A stretch of DNA of 64,000 nt from an uncultured Actinomycetota bacterium (GTDB taxonomy: Bacteria > Actinomycetota > Actinomycetes > JAHEKZ01). The notes below the pieces were generated by a model, which searched no databases, was not told the DNA's origin, and saw nothing but the letters and a program-made list of their open reading frames with translations. Below, piece by piece: positions 26,019 to 35,703 of the stretch; position 1 is the stretch's first letter; every line of letters starts with the position of its first letter. Position numbers and translations under genes: made by a program. The stretch covers positions 1,856,001-1,920,000 of the forward strand of contig CAWHIJ010000003.1 in the NCBI GenBank assembly GCA_963829525.1. Reading direction: 5' to 3'.

Positions 26019-27401
26019 GTGACCGACCAGCGTGACGAAGCCCGAGCCGCTCACCACACCCTGCACGGCGACGATCTCTCGTGGCTGCACCTGATGCTTG
26101 AGGGCGCACTGCCGGCCGAGTACCGACTTCCCGACGAATCCACTCCACCGTTTGCACCGACCTTGCGGGTCCCCGACGTCCAGCTGAATACAGGTGATCT
26201 ACTCGACCTTCTAGATCCGGAGGGCGTCGCCCTCGCCAGGATCGCCATCAGCGTCAGCGCGGACGGCTGGGCAGCTGGTCCGGTCACTGAACTCACCGGC
26301 TTCAGCATCGTCGACCACCTCGCGCTCCGTAGCAGCCCTGCCGCAACAGCTGCGAGTTGGCCGGCCGGACCGGTGTGGGCACTTTGGGCGGACGCTCCAG
26401 TGCCGTTTGCAGTGCGTGAGGCCGTCCGAAACTCAGCCCGAGCTGCAGGGGCAACGGTCGCCGAGATCGTCACACTTGCGACCGGACGCGAGACCAGCCG
26501 CTTGGCGAACGCGCCGGTGCGGCTGGCGACTGCGGCGGCTACCCGCGACGAGAAGGATCAGATCGTGCTCGTCCCCTGGCCAGATGGCGACCCTGTCTCG
26601 TGGGATGCCGAAGGCGTGCGTCTCCGGGCACACGTGGCAGCGGCCTATGGGGCCACTGAGCTGCTGCTTGTCGCAGGGGTGGCTCTGGAGCCAGGCGACG
26701 GGGCCATCCCGGTCCTGCTCCTCGATGTACCGCCAGACCGCGTCGCGATCCCCGACGAACTACTAGATCTCTGGGTCACCGAAGGCGTCCCGCTACCCGA
26801 TTGGGCGGCCGAGCCTTCCGTGGCCGCTGAGCTGCAGTTGCTGCACCGCCCCGGCACTCGTTCGGGTCTGACCGTCCTGTTGAGCGGGCTCTCCGGCTCT
26901 GGAAAGTCGACGGTCGCGCGTGCCCTGGCTGTGCGCCTCATGGAGCACGAGAGCCGCTCGGTCAGCCTCCTCGACGGAGACGTCGTACGACACCACCTCT
27001 CCAAAGGACTTGGCTTCAGTCGACCGGACCGCATCACGAACGTCCTCCGGATCGGGTTCGTCGCGGCGGAAATCACCAAGGCGGGCGGAGTCGCGGTCTG
27101 CTGTCCGATTGCCCCCTACGACCAGACGCGCAAGCAGGTGCGCGCGATGATCGAGGAGCACGGGACCTTCGTCCTGGTCCATGTTGCGACGCCGCTGGAG
27201 GAGTGCGAACGGCGGGATCGCAAGGGGCTCTATGCAAAGGCCCGACGCGGCGAGATCCCAGAGTTCACTGGCATCTCCGACCCTTACGACGTGCCGAGAG
27301 ATGCCGAGGTCGTCCTGGACACCACCGCACGCACCATTGATGCATGTGTCGAGGATGTCTACGACGCCCTGGTGCGAATCGGAGCAGTCACCCCAAGTTG
27401 A
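26019..27401 (+). CDS. cysC: Adenylyl-sulfate kinase with a degenerate N-terminal ATP-sulfurylase (Sat-like) domain
   Basis: C-terminal [39 protein letters not shown]. The N-terminal 290 aa keep Sat-like landmarks (LLDPEG..LA, AAAYGATE) without the QxRN/HxxH motifs. Confidence 0.88.
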   Translation: MTDQRDEARAAHHTLHGDDLSWLHLMLEGALPAEYRLPDESTPPFAPTLRVPDVQLNTGDLLDLLDPEGVALARIAISVSADGWAAGPVTELTGFSIVDHLALRSSPAATAASWPAGPVWALWADAPVPFAVREAVRNSARAAGATVAEIVTLATGRETSRLANAPVRLATAAATRDEKDQIVLVPWPDGDPVSWDAEGVRLRAHVAAAYGATELLLVAGVALEPGDGAIPVLLLDVPPDRVAIPDELLDLWVTEGVPLPDWAAEPSVAAELQLLHRPGTRSGLTVLLSGLSGSGKSTVARALAVRLMEHESRSVSLLDGDVVRHHLSKGLGFSRPDRITNVLRIGFVAAEITKAGGVAVCCPIAPYDQTRKQVRAMIEEHGTFVLVHVATPLEECERRDRKGLYAKARRGEIPEFTGISDPYDVPRDAEVVLDTTARTIDACVEDVYDALVRIGAVTPS

Positions 27402-27417
27402 GGTACAACACACGACC

Positions 27418-28674
27418 TCAGATGTCGGTGTCGACGACCATCCCGGCCGCGACGGTTGCCCCGGACGCCTCATCGATCAGGATGAACGATCCGGTCTGAC
27501 GGTTGCGCCGGTACTCGTCCACGAAGAGCGGCTGGGTGATCCGGAAGGTCAACCGGCCGATCTCGTTCAGACCCAACGACGTGGTCTTCTCGTCACGGTG
27601 CAGGTCGTTGATGTCGAGTCGGTACTGCAGGTCCTTGACGATGGTCTTTGCAGTCCGTGTCGTGTGCTTGATGATGTAGCGGTTGCCCTCTTGGATCCGG
27701 GTACCCTGCTGCATCCACACAATCATCGCGTCGAGGTCCTGGGTTGCATGCGGGTGGTTGTGCGGGCGGCAAAGCATGTCGCCTCGACTGATGTCGAGGT
27801 CGTCGGCAAGACGAACCGAGACCGACATGGGCGGGTGGGCTTCCTGCAGCTCCTGCCCGTAGAGGTCGATGCCGACGACACGTGTGGTGAGCCCGCTGGG
27901 CTGCACCATGACTTCGTCGCCGACCTTGATGGTGCCGCCTGCCACTGTTCCGGCGTAACCGCGGTAGTCATGAAAGGCGTCGGACTGGGGCCGGATGACG
28001 TACTGGACCGGGAAGCGCACATCGATCAGGTTCTGGTCCGAACCGATGTGGATGTTCTCCAGGTGGTGAAGCAGTGAACTCCCCTCGTACCAGGGCATGT
28101 TCTCTGAACGCGTGACGACGTTGTCGCCCTTGAGCGCTGATACCGGGATGATGGTGAGGTCGGGGATGTCGAGCTTGGCCGCAAAGGCTCGAAAATCGTC
28201 GGCGATCTTTTGGTAGACAGCTTCGTCGTAGTCAACGAGGTCCATCTTGTTGACCAGCATCACTACGTGCGGTACCCGCAGCAGCGAGGACAAGAAGGCG
28301 TGGCGCCGGCTCTGCTCGATGACGCCGTTGCGCGCATCCACCAAGATCATGGTGAGGTTGGCCGTCGACGCGCCCGTCACCATGTTTCGGGTGTACTGAA
28401 TGTGCCCAGGAGTGTCAGCGATGATGAACTTGCGCTTGGGCGTCGCGAAATAGCGGTAGGCCACGTCGATAGTGATGCCCTGCTCGCGTTCGGCACGCAG
28501 CCCGTCAGTCAGCAGTGCGAGGTTTGTGTACTCCGCGCCTTGGTCACGCGAGGTGCGCTCAACCGCCTCTAGCTGGTCCTCGAAGATCGACTTGCTGTCG
28601 TAGAGCAACCGACCGATCAGGGTGCTCTTGCCGTCGTCGACCGAGCCAGCAGTCGCCAGTCTCAGCAGCTCCAT
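27418..28674 (-). CDS. cysN: Sulfate adenylyltransferase subunit 1 (GTPase; no CysC fusion)
   Basis: GSVDDGKST, EREQGITIDVAYRYF, DTPGH, NKMD, TGSFILID. Confidence 0.96.
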   Translation of the reverse strand: MELLRLATAGSVDDGKSTLIGRLLYDSKSIFEDQLEAVERTSRDQGAEYTNLALLTDGLRAEREQGITIDVAYRYFATPKRKFIIADTPGHIQYTRNMVTGASTANLTMILVDARNGVIEQSRRHAFLSSLLRVPHVVMLVNKMDLVDYDEAVYQKIADDFRAFAAKLDIPDLTIIPVSALKGDNVVTRSENMPWYEGSSLLHHLENIHIGSDQNLIDVRFPVQYVIRPQSDAFHDYRGYAGTVAGGTIKVGDEVMVQPSGLTTRVVGIDLYGQELQEAHPPMSVSVRLADDLDISRGDMLCRPHNHPHATQDLDAMIVWMQQGTRIQEGNRYIIKHTTRTAKTIVKDLQYRLDINDLHRDEKTTSLGLNEIGRLTFRITQPLFVDEYRRNRQTGSFILIDEASGATVAAGMVVDTDI

Positions 28675-29588
28675 CAGAAATACCCCTCGCGCTTACGGTC
28701 TTCCATTGCGGCCTCGGAGGCCCGGTCGTCAGCTCTGGTCGCGCCACGCTCGGTGATCCGGCTGGCTGCAACGTCTTCGATGATCTTGTCCAACGTGTCC
28801 GCATCGGACTCAACGGCCGCCGTGCACGTCATGTCACCGACGGTCCGGTAACGCACCATGGTCTCGAAGACCTCCGCGCCCTCGTCGGCCGGAGTAACGT
28901 CGGTGACTGCCATCAGCATGTTGTCGCGCCAGAAGACTGGGCGCTTGTGCGCGTAGTAGATCGACGGAAGCTCCAGCTCTTCACGCTGGACGTACTGCCA
29001 GATGTCGAGCTCAGTCCAGTTCGACAGCGGGAAGATTCGGATGTGCTCACCCTTGCGATGACGCCCGTTGTAAAGGCTCCAGAGCTCGGGGCGCTGAGCC
29101 TTGGGATCCCACTGGCCGAACTCGTCGCGGAATGAGAAGACCCGCTCCTTCGCACGCGCCTTTTCCTCGTCGCGACGGGCACCCCCGAAGACAGCGTCGA
29201 ACTTGTTGTCGAGGATGCCTTTGAGCAGCGGAATGGTTTGAATGCTGTTTCGTGAGGCCCCCGGGCCCGTCGGGTCCACGACGAGCCCCTCAGCGATGGC
29301 GTCCTCCACCGACGCAACGATCAGCCTGGCACCGAGCTCGACGACGCGGCGGTCGCGATACTCGATCACCTCATCGAAGTTGTGGCCGGTGTCGACGTGC
29401 ATCAAAGGGAAAGGGATCTTGGCCGGCCAGAAGGCCTTCTCGGCCAACCGGAGCATGACGATCGAGTCCTTGCCCCCCGAGAAGAGGAGCCCCGGACGCT
29501 CGAACTCGGCCGCAACCTCCCGCATGATGTGGATGGACTCCGCCTCAAGCAGGTCCAGTTGCGACAACTGGTAGTCGATCGACGACAC
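28674..29588 (-). CDS. cysD: Sulfate adenylyltransferase subunit 2
   Basis: FSGGKDS, GGARRDEEKARAKER, FPLSNWTELD, MEDRKREGYF. Confidence 0.96.
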   Translation of the reverse strand: MSSIDYQLSQLDLLEAESIHIMREVAAEFERPGLLFSGGKDSIVMLRLAEKAFWPAKIPFPLMHVDTGHNFDEVIEYRDRRVVELGARLIVASVEDAIAEGLVVDPTGPGASRNSIQTIPLLKGILDNKFDAVFGGARRDEEKARAKERVFSFRDEFGQWDPKAQRPELWSLYNGRHRKGEHIRIFPLSNWTELDIWQYVQREELELPSIYYAHKRPVFWRDNMLMAVTDVTPADEGAEVFETMVRYRTVGDMTCTAAVESDADTLDKIIEDVAASRITERGATRADDRASEAAMEDRKREGYF

Positions 29589-29617
29589 GCTTTTCTCCTT
29601 GTTCCGTCGGTCGGCCG

Positions 29618-30457
29618 TCAGGCCAACGCGGCGAGTACGCCTTCTGCCAGCTCGGGTCGGCAGATCACCAGGTCAGGCAGCAGGGTGTTGGCCTGGTTGT
29701 AAACCATCGGACTGCCATCGATCCGGCTGCAGTGCAGTCCAGCCGCCCTGGCCACCGCCACAGGTGCGGCGCTGTCCCACTCGTACTGCCCTCCGGAGTG
29801 GACGTAGGCATCCCCCTCACCCAGGAGGACGGCCATGGCCTTAGCTCCAGCCGATCCCATCGGGACCAGTTCGCCCCCGAGTTCCTGCGCCACATGCTCT
29901 GCCTCCGCCGCCGGCCGCGTGCGGCTGACCATGAATCGCGGTCGGCCCGAACGGGACGGCGCCAGGACAGGTACATCGTAAGTGGCCAGAGTCAGATCTT
30001 TGGCAGGCAACGCGACAGCGCCTGCCGTGAGTTCGCCCACATTGCCGCTGCCTCCTGCACCCCGCTCCCACAGCGCCACATGGATCGCCCAGTCATCGCG
30101 CGGTGGCTCGGAGAACTCCCGGGTGCCGTCGAGCGGGTCGACGATCCAGACCCGGTCAGCATCCAAACGGGCGAGGTCGTCGACACCCTCCTCAGAGAGC
30201 ACCGCGTCATCAGGCCGGTACGCCTTGAGAGTGGCCGTGATGAGCGCGTGCCCAAGCCGGTCACCGGCGTCCTTGAGCGCCTTGGGGTCACTGCCGTCGA
30301 ATCGCTGGCGCAACTCGAGCAGAGCACGTCCAGCGGCCGTGGCAATAGCCGCCGCCAGGCGACCATCATCGGTCAGCGTTTCTTCGCTCAGCGCGTGCTC
30401 GTCTAGGACCTCAAAGTCGAGGTCGAACGAGGAGCCGGCGTCCTCAGGGTTGGTCAC
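29618..30457 (-). CDS. cysQ: 3'(2'),5'-bisphosphate nucleotidase
   Basis: LSEEG, WIVDPLDGTREF, MGSAGAK, YEWDSAAP; clustered with cysDN. Confidence 0.92.
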   Translation of the reverse strand: MTNPEDAGSSFDLDFEVLDEHALSEETLTDDGRLAAAIATAAGRALLELRQRFDGSDPKALKDAGDRLGHALITATLKAYRPDDAVLSEEGVDDLARLDADRVWIVDPLDGTREFSEPPRDDWAIHVALWERGAGGSGNVGELTAGAVALPAKDLTLATYDVPVLAPSRSGRPRFMVSRTRPAAEAEHVAQELGGELVPMGSAGAKAMAVLLGEGDAYVHSGGQYEWDSAAPVAVARAAGLHCSRIDGSPMVYNQANTLLPDLVICRPELAEGVLAALA

Positions 30458-30467
30458 GTGCGACCAC

Positions 30468-31997
30468 TCACTCGCCTGCGCCGGTCAGTTTCTCGCGCAG
30501 AGCCGCGAGGGCTTCGTCAGTGGCCAGCGACCCACCAACGGCCTCCGCCTCGGCCTCGTCGGGGGCCCCTTCGGCTACCGTCTCGGAGGAATAGGTGGAC
30601 GGCGTGCTGCCGACCTCGAGAGCCGCATCCTGGTCGGCCTTCTGAGCCTCACCCATCTGCTTTTTGTGCGCCTCGAAGCGAACCTGCGCCTCTGCGTACT
30701 GACGCTCCCACTCCTCGCGGGCGGACTCAAAGCCCGGCTTCCACTCGCCGGTGTCGGAGTCGAACCCGTCCGGATAGACGTAGTTGCCCTGGTCGTCGTA
30801 GGTCGCGGCCATCCCGTAGAGCGTCGGGTCGAACTCGATGGTCTCGGTGGCACCTTCGTTGGCCTGCTTCAGCGACAGGGAAATGCGACGGCGCTCCAGG
30901 TCAATGTCGATCACCTTGACGAAAATCTCGGTGCCGACCTGAACCACCTGTTCGGGGATCTCGACGTGGCGCTCGGCCAGCTCTGAGATGTGCACCAGGC
31001 CCTCGATGCCCTCCTGCACTCGGACGAATGCGCCGAACGGAACGAGCTTGGTGACGCGACCCGGAACAACCTGGTTGATCTGGTGGGTGCGGGCAAACTG
31101 CTGCCACGGGTCTTCCTGGGTGGACTTCAGCGAGAGCGATACCCGCTCGCGGTCCATGTCGACGTCGAGAACCTCGACGGTGACCTCCTGGCCCACCTCG
31201 ACGACCTCAGACGGATGGTCGATGTGCTTCCAGGAGAGCTCGGACACGTGGACAAGTCCGTCGACACCGCCGAGATCGACGAAGGCGCCGAAGTTGACGA
31301 TCGAGGAGACCACACCGCTGCGGACCTGGCCCTTCTGCAGCTGGGTGAGGAAGTCCTGACGAACTGCGGACTGGGTCTGCTCGAGCCAGGCACGACGGGA
31401 GAGCACCACGTTGTTGCGGTTCTTGTCGAGCTCGATGATCTTGGCTTCGATCTCTTGTCCCACATAGGGCTGGAGATCGCGGACGCGCCGCATTTCGACG
31501 AGCGAGGCCGGAAGGAAGCCACGCAGCCCGATGTCGAGGATGAGTCCGCCCTTGACGACCTCGATGACCGAGCCCTTGACGACGCCGTCCGCCTCTTTGA
31601 TCTGCTCGATGGTGCCCCACGCCCGCTCGTACTGAGCGCGCTTCTTGGAGAGAATCAGTCGGCCGTCCTTGTCCTCCTTCTGGAGAACGAGGGCCTCGAC
31701 GGCGTCACCGACCGAGACGACCTCGGACGGGTCGACGTCGTGCTTGATCGAGAGCTCGCGCGAGGGGATGACGCCCTCGGTCTTGTACCCGATGTCGAGC
31801 AGGACCTCGTCGCGGTCGACCTTGACGATCGTCCCCTCGACGATGTCACCGTCGTTGAAGTACTTGATGGTCTCGTCGATAGCGGCGAGGAACGCCTCTT
31901 CCGACCCGATGTCATTGACCGCGATCTGGAAGCCCGCGTCGGGCTTCTCTTCGATCGTTGCGGTGGGGGTGGGGGCTACCTCGGTGCTACTCGTCAT
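30468..31997 (-). CDS. rpsA: 30S ribosomal protein S1
   Basis: AVNDIGSEE.FLAAID, four S1 domains, C-terminal LAALREKL. Confidence 0.98.
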   Translation of the reverse strand: MTSSTEVAPTPTATIEEKPDAGFQIAVNDIGSEEAFLAAIDETIKYFNDGDIVEGTIVKVDRDEVLLDIGYKTEGVIPSRELSIKHDVDPSEVVSVGDAVEALVLQKEDKDGRLILSKKRAQYERAWGTIEQIKEADGVVKGSVIEVVKGGLILDIGLRGFLPASLVEMRRVRDLQPYVGQEIEAKIIELDKNRNNVVLSRRAWLEQTQSAVRQDFLTQLQKGQVRSGVVSSIVNFGAFVDLGGVDGLVHVSELSWKHIDHPSEVVEVGQEVTVEVLDVDMDRERVSLSLKSTQEDPWQQFARTHQINQVVPGRVTKLVPFGAFVRVQEGIEGLVHISELAERHVEIPEQVVQVGTEIFVKVIDIDLERRRISLSLKQANEGATETIEFDPTLYGMAATYDDQGNYVYPDGFDSDTGEWKPGFESAREEWERQYAEAQVRFEAHKKQMGEAQKADQDAALEVGSTPSTYSSETVAEGAPDEAEAEAVGGSLATDEALAALREKLTGAGE

Positions 31998-32167
31998 GGG
32001 TTAGGGGACTCCGTGCGGACAGTTAGTCGTGATCGTGCGCGCAGAGGGCCGATTTCGCGTGCCGAAACCCCCAATTTCGGGTGGAAACCGACATGGTGCG
32101 AGCGCGAGCCTGCTCCGTCCGAGGACGCGCGGGCCCACAGCGCTCCCGGCAGTCTACGGTGGCCGCC

Positions 32168-32992
32168 GTGACAGGGTCAATCGAGGGTGAGCCGCGCCGT
32201 GTACCGGTCGACGACGCAACCAGCCGCACAGCGACCCGTGCCTGGTGGGACGCCGAGGCCGATACCTACCAGCACGAGCACGAAGGATTTCTGGGAGCAA
32301 CCAGGTGGGTATGGGGGCCGGAGGGCTGGGACGAGGCCGATCTCGGCCTGATCTCGGCGCCACCGGGATCCAGAGTGCTCGAGCTGGGCTGTGGAGCCGC
32401 GGCGGGCTCCAGGTGGCTCCGCTCCCAGGGGGTTCAGGCGGTGGGCATGGACCTCTCCCACCGGATGCTCCAGCACAGCCGCCGCCTCGACCAGCAGACC
32501 CGGACGTCGGTGCCGGTCGTCGAGGCGAACGCGTCGGAGCTTCCCTTCGGTTCTGGAGTCTTCGACGTCGTCGCCACCGCGTACGGTGCGCTTCCCTTCC
32601 TCGCGGACGCCGGGCATCCGTTGAGCGAGGTCAGTCGGGTTCTCGTTCCCGGTGGCCGGGCCGTGCTGGCGGTCACCCACCCCATCCGGTGGGCGTTTCC
32701 CGACGACCCTGGCCCTGAGGGACTCACCGCCATCCGCTCCTACTTCGACAGGACGCCGTACTCCGAGATCGATGCCTCCGGTCGCGTCACCTACGTGGAG
32801 CATCACCGGACGGTCGGCGACTGGGTCGACCTGGTGGTTGCAGCTGGCCTGCAGCTGGACCGTCTCGTCGAGCCACCCTGGAACCCCGCCAACGCCTCGG
32901 TCTGGGGGGGTTGGAGCCCACTCCGCGGTGCGTTGTTGCCGGGAACCATGATCGTCGTCGCCCACAAGCCCGCCGATTCACGGGGGATGTGA
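32168..32992 (+). CDS. Class I SAM-dependent methyltransferase
   Basis: WWDAEAD.YQ.EH, VLELGCG, RVLVPGG, THPIRW; conserved position between polA and rpsA; leaderless start after TACGGT. Confidence 0.88.
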   Translation: MTGSIEGEPRRVPVDDATSRTATRAWWDAEADTYQHEHEGFLGATRWVWGPEGWDEADLGLISAPPGSRVLELGCGAAAGSRWLRSQGVQAVGMDLSHRMLQHSRRLDQQTRTSVPVVEANASELPFGSGVFDVVATAYGALPFLADAGHPLSEVSRVLVPGGRAVLAVTHPIRWAFPDDPGPEGLTAIRSYFDRTPYSEIDASGRVTYVEHHRTVGDWVDLVVAAGLQLDRLVEPPWNPANASVWGGWSPLRGALLPGTMIVVAHKPADSRGM

Positions 32993-33014
32993 CGCCCACC
33001 CAGGCCCGCCGCGC

Positions 33015-35675
33015 CTAGTGCGCGGCGTCGTGCCAGGTACGGCCGAACCCGACTGAGATGTCGAGGGCGACCGAGAGCGAGTAGGCGCCGCGCATCTCCT
33101 GCTCGACCAATGCGGCGACGGCGTCTTCTTCGCCTGCAGCAATCTCCAAGACGAGTTCATCGTGAACCTGGAGCAGCAGCCGGGAACCGAAGTGACCGGC
33201 ACGCAGCCGTCTCGCAACAGCCAACATGGCCACCTTCACGATGTCGGCCGCTGACCCCTGGATCGGAGCGTTGAGCGCCATACGCTCGGCCATTTCACGA
33301 CGCTGCCGGTTGTCGCTTGTCAGGTCAGGCAGATAGCGGCGGCGGCCGAGCAACGTCTCGGTGTACCCGGTGCGTCGAGCATCGTCAACGACAGACGCCA
33401 GGTAGTCGCGGACGCCGCCGAACCTCTCGAAATAGTCCTCCATCAGCACTTTGGCCTCTTCCGGGCCCACTCCGAGCTGCTGGCTCAGCCCGTAGGCCGA
33501 CAGCCCGTACGCCAGCCCGTACGACATCGCCTTGATCCGACTTCGCATCTCGGGGGTCACAGCACCAGGCGCAACGTCGAAAACGCGGGAGGCCATCGTG
33601 GTGTGGAGGTCCTCGCCTGAGTTGAACGCCCCGATCAACCCGTCGTCCTCGGACAGGTGCGCCATGATCCGCATCTCGACTTGGCTGTAGTCGGCGGTCA
33701 TGAGGGTGGCGTAACCCTCCCCGACACAGAAGGTGGAGCGGATTCGGCGACCCTCCTCGGTGCGGACCGGAATGTTCTGCAGATTGGGATCGGTCGATGA
33801 GAGTCGCCCCGTTGCAGCAACTGTCTGCATGAACGTGGTGTGGATGCGGCCGTCGGCGGCCACAGCACGCTGAAGGCCCTCCACGGTTACGAGCAGCTTG
33901 GACACATCCCGGTGACGCAGCAGGTGGGCCAGGAAGGGGTGCTCGGTCTGGGCGAACAGAGTGGTCAGCGCCTCCGCGTCGGTGGTGTAGCCCGTCTTGG
34001 TGCGTTTCGTCTTGGGCATGCCGAGCTCGTCGAAGAGCACCACCTGCAGCTGCTTGGGAGACCCGAGGTTCACCTCGTGCCCGATCTCGGAGTACGCAGA
34101 CTCAGCGGCGCGTTTGACCTCTGCGGCAAACTCGGCCCTCAGCGCGTCCAGCGCACCGCCATCGACAGCGATCCCGCTGTGCTCCATATGAACAAGCAGC
34201 TCGGTCAGAGGAAGCTCGACATCCTGGAGCAGCGACGCAGCACCGATCTGCTCGACCTCTGGCTCAAGGACCGTGGCCAGGTCCAGTGCGGCACTTGCAC
34301 GGGTGCCTAATGTCTGGGCCCGACTGTCGTCGGCATCGGTGTCAAAGCTCAGCTGGCCGTCGTCGGAGGTCTCGGTGAGGTCCCGGTGCAGCCACCGGAC
34401 GGACAGGTCGGCAAGGTCGTAGCTGCGCTGATCAGGGCGGAGCAGGTAGGCCGCGACTGCGGTGTCGAAGGCGGGGGGGCCGATAGGCATACCGGAAGCC
34501 AGGAGCCCCAGCATGGGTCCGTTCGCGTCGTGAATGACCAGCTCTGCGCGGCGCAGCCAGGTCGCCAGGGTGTCTCTGCTCCCTTCGTCGAGCGAATCGA
34601 CGACGACCGCGCCGACTGCGCCGTCGCTCGATGCCAGTCCGAGGGACTCGACCGAACCGCTGCCAGATCCCCAGGAGCCCCGCACGGTGAGACCGACACG
34701 ACCGCCGCCGTGTGCTTTCAACCACTCACCCAGCTCCGCCGAACGCAGGGTCTGCACCTCGACCTCAGGTACGTCATCAAGCGGCTCACTGGTGTTCTGC
34801 AGTGTCTGAGCGAGTCGGTCCCGCAAGATTCGAAACTCCAACGCATCAAAGACCTGATGCACCAGTTCGCGGTCCCAGTCGACCCGCAAGAGATCGTCGG
34901 GACGGCGATCGAGAGGAACCTCCTTGACCAGCTCGGTCAGCTGCCGGTTCGTGATCACCTGGGCCAGGTTCGCCCGCAGCGAGTCACCAACCTTCCCCTT
35001 CACTTCATCGGCTCGAGCCACCAAGGCGTCGAACGAGCCATACTCCTTGATCCATTTGGTGGCTGTCTTCTCTCCTACTCCGGGAATTCCCGGCAGGTTG
35101 TCGCTGGGGTCGCCGCGCAGCGCGGCAAAGTCGGGATACTGCGAAGGGGTAAGACCGTACTTCTCCTCGACGGCGGCTGGGGTCATGCGAGCCAAGTCCG
35201 AGACGCCTTTGCGGGGGTATAGCACCGTCACAGCGTCAGAGACCAGCTGGAACGTGTCACGGTCACCGGTGATGACTGATACCTCGAATCCTTCGCCTGC
35301 CGCCTGGGTGCTCAGGGTGGCGATGACGTCGTCTGCCTCGTAGCCATCAACCTCAATCACGGGGATTTGGAGGGCGGTCAGGACCTCCTTGATCAGGCTG
35401 ACCTGGCCTTTGAACTCGTCGGGGGTCTTCGCCCGGTTTGCCTTGTACGCCGGGTAGCGCTCGCTCCTGAACGTCACCCGTGAGACGTCGAATGCGACGG
35501 CTATGTGTGTCGGATTCTCATCCCGAAGGGCGTTGATGAGCATGGAGGTGAACCCGTAGACCGCGTTGGTCGGTTGCCCGGTGGCGGTCGAGAAGTTCTC
35601 AACCGGAAGTGCATAGAAGGCGCGATAGGCCAGCGAATGGCCATCAAGTAGCAGAAGCGACCGTGCAGCGGGCAT
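33015..35675 (-). CDS. polA: DNA polymerase I
   Basis: LLDGHSLAYRAF, EADDVIAT, RGDPSDN, TGRLSSTDPNLQNIP, DYSQVEMR, NAPIQG, LQVHDEL. Confidence 0.98.
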   Translation of the reverse strand: MPAARSLLLLDGHSLAYRAFYALPVENFSTATGQPTNAVYGFTSMLINALRDENPTHIAVAFDVSRVTFRSERYPAYKANRAKTPDEFKGQVSLIKEVLTALQIPVIEVDGYEADDVIATLSTQAAGEGFEVSVITGDRDTFQLVSDAVTVLYPRKGVSDLARMTPAAVEEKYGLTPSQYPDFAALRGDPSDNLPGIPGVGEKTATKWIKEYGSFDALVARADEVKGKVGDSLRANLAQVITNRQLTELVKEVPLDRRPDDLLRVDWDRELVHQVFDALEFRILRDRLAQTLQNTSEPLDDVPEVEVQTLRSAELGEWLKAHGGGRVGLTVRGSWGSGSGSVESLGLASSDGAVGAVVVDSLDEGSRDTLATWLRRAELVIHDANGPMLGLLASGMPIGPPAFDTAVAAYLLRPDQRSYDLADLSVRWLHRDLTETSDDGQLSFDTDADDSRAQTLGTRASAALDLATVLEPEVEQIGAASLLQDVELPLTELLVHMEHSGIAVDGGALDALRAEFAAEVKRAAESAYSEIGHEVNLGSPKQLQVVLFDELGMPKTKRTKTGYTTDAEALTTLFAQTEHPFLAHLLRHRDVSKLLVTVEGLQRAVAADGRIHTTFMQTVAATGRLSSTDPNLQNIPVRTEEGRRIRSTFCVGEGYATLMTADYSQVEMRIMAHLSEDDGLIGAFNSGEDLHTTMASRVFDVAPGAVTPEMRSRIKAMSYGLAYGLSAYGLSQQLGVGPEEAKVLMEDYFERFGGVRDYLASVVDDARRTGYTETLLGRRRYLPDLTSDNRQRREMAERMALNAPIQGSAADIVKVAMLAVARRLRAGHFGSRLLLQVHDELVLEIAAGEEDAVAALVEQEMRGAYSLSVALDISVGFGRTWHDAAH

Positions 35676-35681
35676 GGCCTG

Positions 35682-35703
35682 ATCGTAGGGTGACGCCGTG
35701 ACA
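35682..35703 (-). promoter_or_regulatory. PafBC-like promoter of leaderless polA
   Basis: Minus strand reads TGTCAC-GGCGTCACCC-TACGAT-N6-ATG, one mismatch to TGTCRG. Confidence 0.6.
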
